Below, piece by piece: positions 42,089-52,551 of a stretch of 64,000 nt of DNA (positions are counted from its first letter, which is position 1; every line of letters begins with the position of its first letter). The notes under the pieces were generated by a model that had not been told where the DNA came from, searched no databases, and worked only from the letters and a program-made list of their open reading frames with translations. Source of the DNA: Carpediemonas membranifera BICM (taxonomy: Eukaryota > Protista > Fornicata); assembly GCA_019828565.1 (NCBI GenBank), contig JAHDYR010000001.1, positions 248,001-312,000 on the forward strand. Direction: 5' to 3'. The position numbers and the translations under genes were made by a program.

Positions 42089-43690
42089 TCATGGATCACA
42101 CTCCCCTATCGCCTGTAGCAGAGTCTTGGACCCCGTGTCTGTCGCATCCAGGCTCCAGCCGCTGTACTGTCCGACGATGGCCTTGACTCGGTCAAGTCGC
42201 ACAGTAGCGGCCGCAGCGAGCACGAAAGCGCCTCGCCTGGTCATGAAAGAGGCTCCCTTCTCAGGCGTAATCGCGTCAAGAAGCGCATCCACGAAAACTT
42301 CAGCGTTCGGATGCTCTAGTCGGCACAGTTTTTGCATCGTCCGGTGTGGCTTGTTCTCCTGGTAATGGTCACGATCCACCCAGCAGCGGGCAAGTGCAAT
42401 GATGGGTTGGGGGTCGACCATCGCTGCAGTGGCTGAGAGGATGAGTGACCCAGCATGAGCGTCGACAAGACTGGCGTTCACAGTGAAGAAGTCGAGTACG
42501 GCCAGTGCCATGGCTCCGCTGGTTGTGATAGATTCATAAATAAAAGGCTTCTGCTTCTCAGTCGGCCATGAAAGGCCAGCCACGCCCTGCACGCCCGCAG
42601 CTTCCACCATGAATCCGGCGAAACGCTGTCCAGGAACGGTCTTGAGTGCTTTGTGCAGGCTGGGCAAATGTGTAGTGAGAAACGTCGCGATCTCTTCAAC
42701 CAGGCTCGGTGCCCGGCTGGCAATCGCCATGACGAGTACTTGTGAGTGCTCGTCCGAGATGAGCACGGGAAGCTCAGCGCTGCAAGCCCGTATGAACCTG
42801 TGCAAGTGTTCAATCCCCGTCCGCCTGGCAAGGAGTGCGAGGAGCTCGACCGTGTGGGGTCGGGTGGCAAGCTCGGCGACTTCTTCCAGACTGGTCATCA
42901 TGTGCCTAAACATGTCCTCCTCAAGCTCAGCAGAATCCACGGTCCTGACAACCAAGGCTGCGTGCTTTGTGGGGACAGCATCAAAGAATAAACGCCGCTT
43001 GCCACCCATCATGTCAATTGCTTTCTTCTTGAAGGACCGTAGGGCAGCAACAGGGTCGTCTGCGGTTTGCAAGAACTGTGCAAACGTCATCTCTGCGCGA
43101 TTAAAGCCATTGAACAAATCCATGATCGTCTCTCTCTGTGTGGAATTGGCGAGGCTGTAGATGAGGCTGAGCAGGTTGTGGCCCGTCTGAGAGATGCCTA
43201 GCTTGCGCATGTCGGTGTCAATGAGCCTGATCGCTGCATCTACAGCTTTTAAACCACCGTCAGGGTTGAGGTAGCAATACTTGAAAAGTGCATAGCCAAT
43301 CTTATCGCACTCAGATGAGCTCGCGAGTTGGACAAAGTATGGCGAGAGCCTCATCTTCAGAAAGGTGCGGTCTTCGTCAGAGGCGCGTTTGATCATTAGG
43401 GCAACCACAGGGGAACTGTTCGAGCTGAATGCCGCGTCGATGAGGTCCACACGACGAGAGAGCTCTCCTGCTATTGCTTCTTGCACATTGCGAGTTGTAG
43501 GATCGCCATTCAAGCGCTTCTTTTTGAGGGCGCGGAGGACAGTAGCCTGCTTGAACTCGAGGTTGTGCATGTCCAGCGTCTTCTGGGCTGCAGGGGCCCG
43601 CGCTTCATTCCTGTTTGGATGCACCGGCTTAATAACCTTCTTTTTCCTCCGTCTCCGCTTCTGTATTCCATCAGCAGGGCGTTGCTCCAT
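42089..43690 (-). CDS. Helical-repeat protein, probably PUF6/PUM3-like (nucleolar)
   Basis: Basic NLS-like N-terminus, divergent Pumilio-like repeats, H...KL and RGAFVLAA near the C-terminus. Confidence 0.55.
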   Translation of the reverse strand: MEQRPADGIQKRRRRKKKVIKPVHPNRNEARAPAAQKTLDMHNLEFKQATVLRALKKKRLNGDPTTRNVQEAIAGELSRRVDLIDAAFSSNSSPVVALMIKRASDEDRTFLKMRLSPYFVQLASSSECDKIGYALFKYCYLNPDGGLKAVDAAIRLIDTDMRKLGISQTGHNLLSLIYSLANSTQRETIMDLFNGFNRAEMTFAQFLQTADDPVAALRSFKKKAIDMMGGKRRLFFDAVPTKHAALVVRTVDSAELEEDMFRHMMTSLEEVAELATRPHTVELLALLARRTGIEHLHRFIRACSAELPVLISDEHSQVLVMAIASRAPSLVEEIATFLTTHLPSLHKALKTVPGQRFAGFMVEAAGVQGVAGLSWPTEKQKPFIYESITTSGAMALAVLDFFTVNASLVDAHAGSLILSATAAMVDPQPIIALARCWVDRDHYQENKPHRTMQKLCRLEHPNAEVFVDALLDAITPEKGASFMTRRGAFVLAAAATVRLDRVKAIVGQYSGWSLDATDTGSKTLLQAIGECDP

Positions 43691-43802
43691 TTCCCCCAAA
43701 AGAATGTTTTGCGAGCATTAAAGTGCACCCCTGTCTGTTGATTCAAACTGTGCCAATATGATCCCTACCTAGCCACTTCTATGATCACACGACGATGGGT
43801 TG

Positions 43803-44082
43803 TGTTGCGCAGTATGTTGTCTTGTTCGAACCTCCCAGACAGGGCCTGAAAGGAACGATCAAAGTGCCAAACTGCACAACATCATCCGTCCGTAGACGAA
43901 TGTTGGCGGTTAGCCAATTGATGATACTGGAATGATGTTGGAAGACGCGGGAACAATGTGCGACTGAACGGAGAGCCACTGAGTTCATCTTCCGTGGCAA
44001 GAGAACGCCACAGTCGTGAGTAGGAGGCAGACAGGGCAGTGTTGCGCAGTATAAACACATTGTTTGACCCTTCAATAGCACA
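43803..44082 (+). mobile_element. 280-bp TG...CA mini-element, copy 2; TSD GGTTG
   Basis: Reverse complement of 16546-16827 with a few differences; flanked by GGTTG at 43798-43802 and 44083-44087. Confidence 0.9.
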
Positions 44083-44161
44083 GGTTGGGTGGGCTAAAAG
44101 TGCACACAATTTTCTGTGGCAACAAACCAGGCCACTCGCCAACTCTTGCGGCCAATACACC

Positions 44162-44914
44162 ATGGATCCAAGGGGAGAAGCATTTCGGGCGATCGAGGCT
44201 TCGACATCTTTCGAGCGTACCGCGGCTTTGTATGATCTTTTGGCTTGCTTCATAGAACTTCCCAACCAAGGACGCCTCTCGGTCACCAAGTCAGTTTCCT
44301 CTTTCGCACTTGTAACCATACTCATTGACGGCATTCTTGGTACTCCAGACGTTGTCGTCCCCGGCTGTGAGTTCATTTGCTCCCGACTCCTCTTCTTTCT
44401 CGTCCAGGACGACGACATCCTCCACGTCTTCGCCTCTACCATCACATCAGTCTTCAATGCACCAGCAACAGTGCTCCTCTCGAACATCATCGACTCGAAC
44501 GAGAAGAACTCCGAAGCGGCCGCACTCTTCCTTGCCCACCTCGCAGCGCACAGTACAGTCATAAGAGACCAGCTCTGCCTCTCTAACTGCCGCCATGAGT
44601 GGGCGGAGTTGTTCAGGAACGCTCCTGGAACTGCCATCATGAGACATGTGATGGACGCTCTCGACTCCTTGACGAGCCCGTTGGCCACAAGGATCACGAG
44701 ACTACGGCCTGATAACGCGGTCTCTGTACCGCCATTCGCTGGCTTGGTTGGGTATTTACGTGAGTTTATTGTTGTTTATGTATCAAGGCTGGTTGGACCG
44801 CCCACGTGGAAGAAAGCGATGGACACCAGGTCTTACAAGTCTTTCGACGTTGCTGGAGAGATAGTGGGGATCGCCAGGCGTCTGCTCCGCGTCTCAGAGG
44901 CCGCTGGCGTCTGA
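44162..44914 (+). CDS. Hypothetical helical protein
   Basis: ATG-initiated 250-aa ORF; the upstream ORF-track extension lies partly inside the mobile element. Confidence 0.6.
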   Translation: MDPRGEAFRAIEASTSFERTAALYDLLACFIELPNQGRLSVTKSVSSFALVTILIDGILGTPDVVVPGCEFICSRLLFFLVQDDDILHVFASTITSVFNAPATVLLSNIIDSNEKNSEAAALFLAHLAAHSTVIRDQLCLSNCRHEWAELFRNAPGTAIMRHVMDALDSLTSPLATRITRLRPDNAVSVPPFAGLVGYLREFIVVYVSRLVGPPTWKKAMDTRSYKSFDVAGEIVGIARRLLRVSEAAGV

Positions 44915-44988
44915 CGCTTGTCCGTCCGTCGCCTGATCTGGATTTGTTATATAACTCGCCGCAGATTAATTTAAACTTGACTCTCATC

Positions 44989-46983
44989 CTAGGTCTCGGT
45001 AGTGCGCTTCATCACTTGCTTCACTGCCTCCATGCGCTCACAAACGGCTGATGCAGCAGTGTCTCTCTTCTCGATACATGCCTCAAAAGCCCGATACAAC
45101 TGCCCAGCGAGTCTTCCACCTCCGTTACCGACCCGATCTTCGACGTTATCGACAACGATGTGCACGAGGACGTCAATAAGTCTCGAGTCTGCATCCAGGG
45201 CGGCTACCAACTGCTCCGCCTGCACCAGCCCGACCGTACGCTCAAAAGCATGCACTGCCTCCGCGAAATGGCGAGTGTCCACAGCGGTGACAGCGACTTG
45301 GCGCCATATCGTCGGAGAGCACCCGCCGACTTGCACAGCTTGCATGTAAGTCCTAAACGCATTCTCCCTGTCGCCAGTAGCCAGATACGCTGTCGCCAGA
45401 TCGGACCAATCGCTCTCGCTGTCGGGCATGAGAATCGTGACTCGCTTGAAAGCGGCCAGGGCCTCGGCGTATCGCCCAGACTTGACGTACGTTTGGGCCA
45501 CGGTTCTCCAACCGTTGGCGTCACCAGGCTCCACGTTCAGGGCTTCGAGGAGGAGCTTAAGGCCCTCTTCCACGTCTTCCTTCATAACCAGGGCAGACAA
45601 AGAGCGTCTGGCACGGGCGCTCTTTCCATTACTGATCGCCCAAGCGCGTCTGAGGGCGGCCTTGTCGCCATGGACCTCGCCCTGGAGGCAGAGCAGGGTC
45701 ACATCATCGGGGTCGTCTCTCCGGCGGCCGGCGAGCAAGGCACGGGCCTCCTCGGCCTTGTTCGTCATGATGAGGAGCTCCACGACTCGCGAGTAGAAGC
45801 CCAGGCGGCGGTAGAGGCTGATGGCGTGAGAGACGCTACCTATGGCCATGTAGTGAACAGCAAGCTCTCCAACGGAGCGCCAGAAGGCGGGTAGAGGGAC
45901 AAGATGGGCCATGTTTCTGCCGAGCCCAGCGAGGGTCGCCTCAACAGAATACTCAAGCGCCCTCAACGCCGCCTCTACCGCGTCGTTATTCGCCTTGAGG
46001 AGAGTTGCTTTCGTCTGCTGGACCATGCATCTTACGGCAGAGTTTGAGGTGACGCTGAGGACGTATGAGAGATAGGGGCGGTACTGCTCGTGGGACATGG
46101 TGTCGGTGGGGTTCTCTGCCAGGTGGAGGCGGCCGAGGGCGAGGAGTACGGCCTGTTCCTCGACAGAGAGTGGGATGACAGTCTCGGGGGTGACGTCGTC
46201 AGGGGCCACATGGTTTGCGGGGTCAGGGTTGGGTGCTACAGGCTCTGCTTCTCTGGTCACGTCGACCTGGAGGCAGAGTCTGAGCTTGCCGTCGATCTTT
46301 CGGGCGGAGAGCTCAGCCTTGAGGGCTGGATCGTCGCGCAGAATCGACCAGATCTCTACGCACTCGTCACTGTCTCTGAAGAACTCAGCGTAGTTACCAA
46401 ACTCGATGGCGAGCAGCTTACGGCGCTCATAGGGCAGACCTGACCCCAGTACGGCCTGTACCTCGGACTTGAGATCATCCCAGAACTTTGTGGCGGAAGA
46501 GGCGTCCACAACCGACTCAGAACACATGGCGTAGAGCATCTTAACTCGGATAGACTCGATCTTGAAGTCGATTTGAGAGGCGAGTGAGGGTTGAGAGGCA
46601 AACTCGGTGCAGAGGTGGGAGGCGGTGTTGAGCCAGCCTGAGTGTCTAGCATGCTTGGAGATGGCCATGGAGTGAGGAATGCCGGCGTTGGGGTTCAGCG
46701 GAACATCGAGTTTCCATGGGAATGGGAGCCCAGTGGCCGTGAATTCTTGAGCAAGGATGTTAGCAGCATAGAAAACCTCGCGGATGGCGCGAATGATGGC
46801 GATAGTGTACTTCTCGCCAATCACAGGAGTCTGAGAGAGCCTGTAGACTGCTGCGGAGAAAGAACTGATGTATGACTCAGGAGTGGACGCATCGATGTCT
46901 GTAAGGACCTGGTTGTGGTCCAATACGAAGAAAGGACCAATATTGCCCGATTCTAAAGCCGTAAACGCCTCGTCCAGCGACAT
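44989..46983 (-). CDS. TTC27: TPR protein, TTC27/EMW1-like
   Basis: L..EEQA.LLA, G.V..A...Y.RL, L.CL.G.......AW..S.G.SARA.RSL, C-terminal TPRs. Confidence 0.7.
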   Translation of the reverse strand: MSLDEAFTALESGNIGPFFVLDHNQVLTDIDASTPESYISSFSAAVYRLSQTPVIGEKYTIAIIRAIREVFYAANILAQEFTATGLPFPWKLDVPLNPNAGIPHSMAISKHARHSGWLNTASHLCTEFASQPSLASQIDFKIESIRVKMLYAMCSESVVDASSATKFWDDLKSEVQAVLGSGLPYERRKLLAIEFGNYAEFFRDSDECVEIWSILRDDPALKAELSARKIDGKLRLCLQVDVTREAEPVAPNPDPANHVAPDDVTPETVIPLSVEEQAVLLALGRLHLAENPTDTMSHEQYRPYLSYVLSVTSNSAVRCMVQQTKATLLKANNDAVEAALRALEYSVEATLAGLGRNMAHLVPLPAFWRSVGELAVHYMAIGSVSHAISLYRRLGFYSRVVELLIMTNKAEEARALLAGRRRDDPDDVTLLCLQGEVHGDKAALRRAWAISNGKSARARRSLSALVMKEDVEEGLKLLLEALNVEPGDANGWRTVAQTYVKSGRYAEALAAFKRVTILMPDSESDWSDLATAYLATGDRENAFRTYMQAVQVGGCSPTIWRQVAVTAVDTRHFAEAVHAFERTVGLVQAEQLVAALDADSRLIDVLVHIVVDNVEDRVGNGGGRLAGQLYRAFEACIEKRDTAASAVCERMEAVKQVMKRTTET

Positions 46984-47176
46984 GCTTCACTTCTTTCGAA
47001 TCCAAATCGATCGTGCAAGGAATCTGATTCGGCACGCCGGCTTCCCTGCCATACAGCCTGTACCACTCAACCGAGCCCGGTTGAGATGCCTGGGTGATTT
47101 TTTTGAGTTTTGCCTTGCCTTATTCTGCGAACGCAGCTTACAGCCTTCCAGAGTGGCGGAGCAAAGTAATACAACA

Positions 47177-48382
47177 ATGGACGCTGGATTTCCATTTCCC
47201 CGCTCGCCAACAGTCTCTAAACCTGTTCTGCCGCACCATATCCCCGTATATCCGCCAGCACTGATCATTCCTCAGCTGCCCGAGAGTCTTTCTTCTGTAA
47301 TCGATGCTGATACGTACAGAGACATCTCCTACACAGCAGAGAGCGTCCGTAACCTCACCAGACTCTTTGTCAACATTGTTAACCTCGCCGTCGTGATTGT
47401 ATGCGTCCTTCTCTTCGGCTACTCGCTGTACAGTGTTTCTCTCCTCGCGCTCTTCCTCGTTGCCATCATATGCGCGACCTCGACCTACTGCTTGAACCCC
47501 ATCCTCCTTCCCGTCATCATTATTCTCGAAGGTCAGTACGTTCGTCGCCTGTCTGCCGCGATGGACCGCTTGGCGTCCCAGCACAACCTCGGAGCCGCCG
47601 GTGTAACCCTCCGCGTCCGCTCTGTCCGCGGTCCCTACCGCCAGCCCTGGGCGATCTATGCTAAGCAATTTGACTCAGAGTTCAAGGCCGCTGTAGTGAT
47701 CGAGTGCCCCGATGCCCGCCCCATCCACTACAGCCTGACCCTCACCCGACCCGCACTCCGACCTCACTTTATATGGGAAGACGCCTACCCTACCTCCCTT
47801 AGAGACGTCGTGAGTCAGTCGGACTGGGTGTCTGCCATCACCTCGCTCCAGCGGGGTTCGGTAGACATCAACAGCCTCGACGCCCTGTTCATTGGCATCC
47901 CTGTCGCCACTGTGATTGTCCTCGGCGGCATCCTTGTCCTGGCTATGACACTCCTGCCCGCCACAGACCTGGGAAACATCCTCGTCGTTCTCCTTATCTT
48001 TACGTTCTGTCTTGTCTCTCTGGCTGTGGTCACAGTCTCATCCGTGGCTCACAGGGCAAGGATACAACACGGCAGGGCGAAGCTGACCTCTTCTGTGCAG
48101 AGGATCTGCAGCATGCTTAACATGGCAGGCACTGGCGCTCATTGGTCGTTCGAATGGAAGGCGGATGCGGTGGGTTTCGTCCATTCGTTCGTAGCAACGC
48201 CCATGGTAAGTATCACTGAGGACCTGGAAGGCGGTGACGACTTTGTTGCACCTGACGCTGCTCCCGGTCTCCTTGACGCTTACCCCGTCGTGGATCGTCG
48301 GGATTCGGAGGAACCGAGCGCCCCCTTCCTCTCTCAGAGAGTGCGGGCCGATGATTACGGTGAAGGAGACGAGTTTGTGTAA
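47177..48382 (+). CDS. Membrane protein with two tandem Erf4/Golgin-A7-like TM-hairpin repeats
   Basis: Twice-repeated P..L..V.....Y/W...I followed by two hydrophobic helices. Confidence 0.55.
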   Translation: MDAGFPFPRSPTVSKPVLPHHIPVYPPALIIPQLPESLSSVIDADTYRDISYTAESVRNLTRLFVNIVNLAVVIVCVLLFGYSLYSVSLLALFLVAIICATSTYCLNPILLPVIIILEGQYVRRLSAAMDRLASQHNLGAAGVTLRVRSVRGPYRQPWAIYAKQFDSEFKAAVVIECPDARPIHYSLTLTRPALRPHFIWEDAYPTSLRDVVSQSDWVSAITSLQRGSVDINSLDALFIGIPVATVIVLGGILVLAMTLLPATDLGNILVVLLIFTFCLVSLAVVTVSSVAHRARIQHGRAKLTSSVQRICSMLNMAGTGAHWSFEWKADAVGFVHSFVATPMVSITEDLEGGDDFVAPDAAPGLLDAYPVVDRRDSEEPSAPFLSQRVRADDYGEGDEFV

Positions 48383-48404
48383 ATACGTAAGTTTTGATGC
48401 TTTG

Positions 48405-48548
48405 GCCGTGGCTGTGTTGACGATGAAGGAGTGCCGCATGCCCGTCGGCCTCAGGACGGGTGACCTGGTGTACTTCAACTCCTGCGGCGCCTACGCCGCC
48501 AGCGTCAACTTCAACGGCTTCGAGGGCATCAAGCAGTACTGCATCTGA
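48405..48548 (+). pseudogene. Isolated C-terminal fragment of an ornithine/diaminopimelate decarboxylase (fold-type III PLP enzyme)
   Basis: MP..L..GD.VYF...GAY..S.NFNGF; no upstream catalytic domain in any frame. Confidence 0.7.
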
Positions 48549-49090
48549 GCGGTGGCCGGCTGCGCACCATATCGTCCCCACAAGCTCGTCTCGCGCGAGT
48601 CAGTTGTAAATGTAAAAATATATATGAATATAAACGGTTTTATGTAAAGTTTCGAGACTGCAAGTTCAATCCCACAGTTGAAGCGCTGCTTAAAGCCCTC
48701 CAGAGGGTAACTGTGTGGTTGTTCGCACGAAGGCGTCTTTGACGGCCCGTTTCTGCGCTTTGCACATCGACAGAGTCGCGTCATCCCGAGATGCTCGATT
48801 AATATCAACGACACCGACACATTTGATGACTTCAGAGATTGCTCGGGGAGATTTATCGGGAGATGGTGGGCAGCCGCGCCACAGGTGACCCCAGGTCTCC
48901 CCCGGACCCGGGTGTGCGCGGCAACCCAACCCTCACCAAAAAAGAAGCGCTGAAACGCCCCGACGGCAGGGGATTCTGATGACTTGATCCTCTGGGATAA
49001 ATCTGCGCGAGAATTCTTCGCCAGTCAAATCCTCGACTGTCGGGCGACTCTGTGTCGAAGTTGGGGACATCTTTGCAACTGCTCCGTAGC

Positions 49091-50380
49091 ATGACAATTT
49101 GGCGCTTCATCGTGCTGGTAATGGCACTAATCGCTGTAGCTATGTGCTACCGTTCTGGCCAAGTGGTTTTCGATAACCCCAACATTGCCATCTACGACGA
49201 CAGTCAGTATTCCTACTTCATAACCCTCTGCGACAGCACATATGGTCTCTTCATGTACATATCTGGTATTGTGCGTGATACTGTCACCAATAGGATCATC
49301 TTTTCGGATTACGTTCTTTATCGTGATGAGATTCCCAACAACTCGACCATCATGGTTTCTCCATATGTCTCTATGGAGATGCCCGACGACTACGACGACC
49401 CCCCTTTCTACCCTGACCTCACCGGCACATATCCTCATGGTAATCACTGTTTTGATCGGACATTTGCCGGATTTGATTGGATTCGCCGCAGCGAGAACGA
49501 GATTTGGCAACTCGTGGATATCAAAAATCTACTCACGTCTTTTTTTATCGAGGACAGGCCCGGCACCTGGCCCATGTACGCTGAAGATGACCGATTGTTC
49601 ATCTTCACCCAGCGGGAGATGCTTGTGTATGATGTTAGACTTTTTTCTTTCAACACTATCCGGAACGTATCCCTGGTTGCACCTCCGCTGCAAGTCCTCC
49701 CGACGTTCGACAAGGTGCTGCCGTACTTCAAGAACGACATCTCCATCATCGCTGTGGGCGAGGACGATGAAGGGAACACCTGGATCGCCAGCTTCGACAC
49801 CGATTGCACAGAGTTTGTCGGTCTGGCCAAGACCAGTAGTTTTGGCGATGTATGGTCTCGGTATAGCTTCCGTTCCAGACTCACCGCGTCAAAATTCACT
49901 GACGACGGCGTGACGTACGGCTTCATCGACTTTACCGACTTCGGGTGGGCTTTCAGCACACAACATACGATCAACGACCCCGACAAGCGTGTTGTCTCGG
50001 TCATTGTCGCAGACGACACTGATAATGATGTGGCTGCGGTCACATACACCTACGGCCAGGGCACCGGGGCCGACCAGCAGATTGTCTCAGAATCCTTCCT
50101 CGCTGATAGCGACCTCAACAAGATCGACGGCACAGAGTCCATCTTCAGCTACGCCGTCGCCGACTATCCCTGCGTGGCCACGGGAGAATGCTGGACCACA
50201 CGCTTCCAGGTCGAGAAGGGCAGCTATATGATCAACAACAAGACGCTGACAACCACAGACAATGTCACTTCGTCCAAGACCATCGTCACGTGGCAGTTCG
50301 ACGACGTGTTGGAGTCGGGTGCCGTGTGGGTACGCATCGGCATCCTCGCCGTCGTGCTCGCGCTGGCGGTCGTGGCGTAA
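49091..50380 (+). CDS. Secreted/surface protein (signal peptide plus C-terminal hydrophobic anchor)
   Basis: Hydrophobic N- and C-termini, beta-rich acidic ectodomain with N-glycosylation sequons. Confidence 0.75.
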   Translation: MTIWRFIVLVMALIAVAMCYRSGQVVFDNPNIAIYDDSQYSYFITLCDSTYGLFMYISGIVRDTVTNRIIFSDYVLYRDEIPNNSTIMVSPYVSMEMPDDYDDPPFYPDLTGTYPHGNHCFDRTFAGFDWIRRSENEIWQLVDIKNLLTSFFIEDRPGTWPMYAEDDRLFIFTQREMLVYDVRLFSFNTIRNVSLVAPPLQVLPTFDKVLPYFKNDISIIAVGEDDEGNTWIASFDTDCTEFVGLAKTSSFGDVWSRYSFRSRLTASKFTDDGVTYGFIDFTDFGWAFSTQHTINDPDKRVVSVIVADDTDNDVAAVTYTYGQGTGADQQIVSESFLADSDLNKIDGTESIFSYAVADYPCVATGECWTTRFQVEKGSYMINNKTLTTTDNVTSSKTIVTWQFDDVLESGAVWVRIGILAVVLALAVVA

Positions 50381-50466
50381 TGATTGTGTCAGTCAGCTTG
50401 TAGACGCCAAACCCGTGTTGCAGAGTCAACCGCGACTCGACATTGCTTCGCGAAACTTTACTGATG

Positions 50467-51009
50467 CTAGCTTGCCAACTTTCGGCCGAGCACGCCGATT
50501 GCCGCCCCGAGTTTCGCCCCCAAATCACCAGGGAAGAGGCTGAATGGATTGGCCACCCCAAACAGCCCTCGACCAGTCGCCCCTAAATTGCACTCGACGA
50601 CGAGAATGGCGACCAGTCTATCGCTCAAGTCACAAACAGGTCGACCCTGGAAGGCTCCGTGACACCTTGACAATGTGGCAAGCAGCGCAACGATGTCATC
50701 CGGTATCCCTCCGGATTTCCGGATTGTGACGAAGTACCGCTCGAGGAGCTGCGAAGCAGACTCTGCGAGGGGCGGGAGGGCCTTGATTCGACTCATGCTG
50801 GAGCGGAGCTTTTCAAAGAGATCGTCGAACGAATCCCAGTCGGCCTGACAGTCGGCAAGGTCGGCCGGCTCAAGATTCTCCGGATGCTCCAGATTCAGCG
50901 CGATCCCGCGAATGAGGTCGACCCTGGCGAGCTCAGCGGAGGTCGATTTGTGGCTTGTCCCTCCCCGTTTCCTGATAACCCTAAACTGCGCATCATGACT
51001 CGTGTTCAA
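50467..51009 (-). CDS. Hypothetical protein (start uncertain)
   Basis: About 180-codon open frame; the upstream in-frame ATG is separated from it by a TAG. Confidence 0.35.
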   Translation of the reverse strand: MNTSHDAQFRVIRKRGGTSHKSTSAELARVDLIRGIALNLEHPENLEPADLADCQADWDSFDDLFEKLRSSMSRIKALPPLAESASQLLERYFVTIRKSGGIPDDIVALLATLSRCHGAFQGRPVCDLSDRLVAILVVECNLGATGRGLFGVANPFSLFPGDLGAKLGAAIGVLGRKLAS

Positions 51010-51225
51010 GTCAGAAACTCGGATACAAAGGGTAATAGATACAAGGTCTACTTCTTCATTAAACTGGAAACTCCACTACTGGCTGTCGCCCATCTTAGCC
51101 AACGAAGGCTTTGAGATGTCTTATTTGACTCGTGAGAACTTGACAGACGCACCCAGCGTCTGATTTAAGCAGAGTGTGGACGGAATGAGAGGCGTGGGAG
51201 GAATTGCGTTGGCCGGTACTTTTGT

Positions 51226-51242
51226 TGTTGCGCAGTATAAAC
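51226..51242 (+). repeat. 17-bp exact match to the terminus of the mini-element (TGTTGCGCAGTATAAAC)
   Basis: Identical to 44040-44056 and to both terminal repeats of copy 1 (as reverse complement). Confidence 0.7.
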
Positions 51243-51334
51243 GTTCATCCACGGCACTGTGGATTTTCGCAATGCGGCTAAAGTGCAAATTTGGGGAAAA
51301 CCCTGTATCCCGGAATAGAGGCAAGGATCAAGGT

Positions 51335-51907
51335 ATGCGCCGGCAATTTGAGCAATTAGTGCTCACTGTCGATGATTTCTCTGGTGCCATTGCCTGTATT
51401 GTGCATATGATCTGCTTTAATCGTATTCTTGCTGACACTGCACCACAGGAGGCTATGTTCCATCGATTGTCCTTTCCTCTGTGTCCTACTATCTACAAAG
51501 AGCTGGACAATTCTCTTTCAAAGGTGATTTCGCTACTAAAGCCAGAGTCGACAGGATCGATCAACGTCGAGATCAAGCGGCTAGTTGACCGCGGCCTGAT
51601 CCCCAAATTCCTCAAACAGAGCGATAAGGACCTCCTAGACGGGTGGAAGATCCCTTTCCGCATCATTGAAAGCAACACTACCCAGCACTACGAGCCCGAG
51701 CGACAGATTCGCCAGTGCTGCAAGGTCATCCTGCAAGTTGCCGACTCAGACATCTATTTGAGCGAAGAATACGTCAAGCCGACCCATCTCACAGTCGAAG
51801 CGACTCTATACGGTGTTAGGGCGGCGGGCCTTTGGGGCGGGGGCAATGGGAAGGAAGTGGGGCTACTGTCGGCCAGGTTTAGGGACGGGGCTGTCGAGAG
51901 TGGATGA
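51335..51907 (+). CDS. ATG101: ATG101-like HORMA-domain autophagy protein
   Basis: AI.CI.H.I.F.R.L....P.E....L.FP, and W.I in the later strand. Confidence 0.6.
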   Translation: MRRQFEQLVLTVDDFSGAIACIVHMICFNRILADTAPQEAMFHRLSFPLCPTIYKELDNSLSKVISLLKPESTGSINVEIKRLVDRGLIPKFLKQSDKDLLDGWKIPFRIIESNTTQHYEPERQIRQCCKVILQVADSDIYLSEEYVKPTHLTVEATLYGVRAAGLWGGGNGKEVGLLSARFRDGAVESG

Positions 51908-52551
51908 AGCTGCGGGTAGTAGGTTTATGGTAGACTGGACTGTGCATGTTTAAACAGTTTCTTTCGGTTGATTGGAAAGAGCAGTGCGAGACATGGCCTC
52001 GCCGGCTTGTTTTTGGTCTGCTCGCGGTGTGTTGGAGAACGTCATGCTTGTTTATTGTGTGAATGGCCAGCAATTGACAAATTGTTGAGTCATCTGAGTC
52101 GTCTCTTCCTCTTTGACGTCGGTAGGAGTTAGCGCGTTAGCGCGGACTTGTTCCGGTGTTTTTTACTGTTCGATCCTCATCAGACGCTAGCTGTCAGTTT
52201 TGGTGAGATTGCATTCAATGTCATCGCGCAGGATAGCCCGTCGGTCGGTTGAGCGCTCGAACTGTTGGGCCGGCCGGATCCCCATGTCATGACTCGCCCT
52301 AATCAGTGGCTGCAGCTGATATTCCGTCACCATTCTCTCCCATTTTCTCGCAACGTCGGAATCGAGGATCGCCGGCCTGATTCCGAGCGCGTCCCCAGTC
52401 CGGCAACCCCCCGCAAACACCCAGGGGCTCGGACGGGTCGAGACTGAATTGATGACGCGCAGGCGGTTTTGAGATTGAGATGGATCAGGCGATCTGCTCA
52501 AATCTCAGGTGCTGAGACGGTGCATCTTAAGCTCACAATACTGAAACGGAC

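Noticed and set aside
51010-51095. In-frame TAG between an ATG and the 50467-51009 ORF, suggesting TAR=Gln recoding as in hexamitids
   Set aside because: Well-conserved genes here end at TAA or TAG at the expected positions (e.g. RPS4, ubiquitin, CDC123), so the code is standard.
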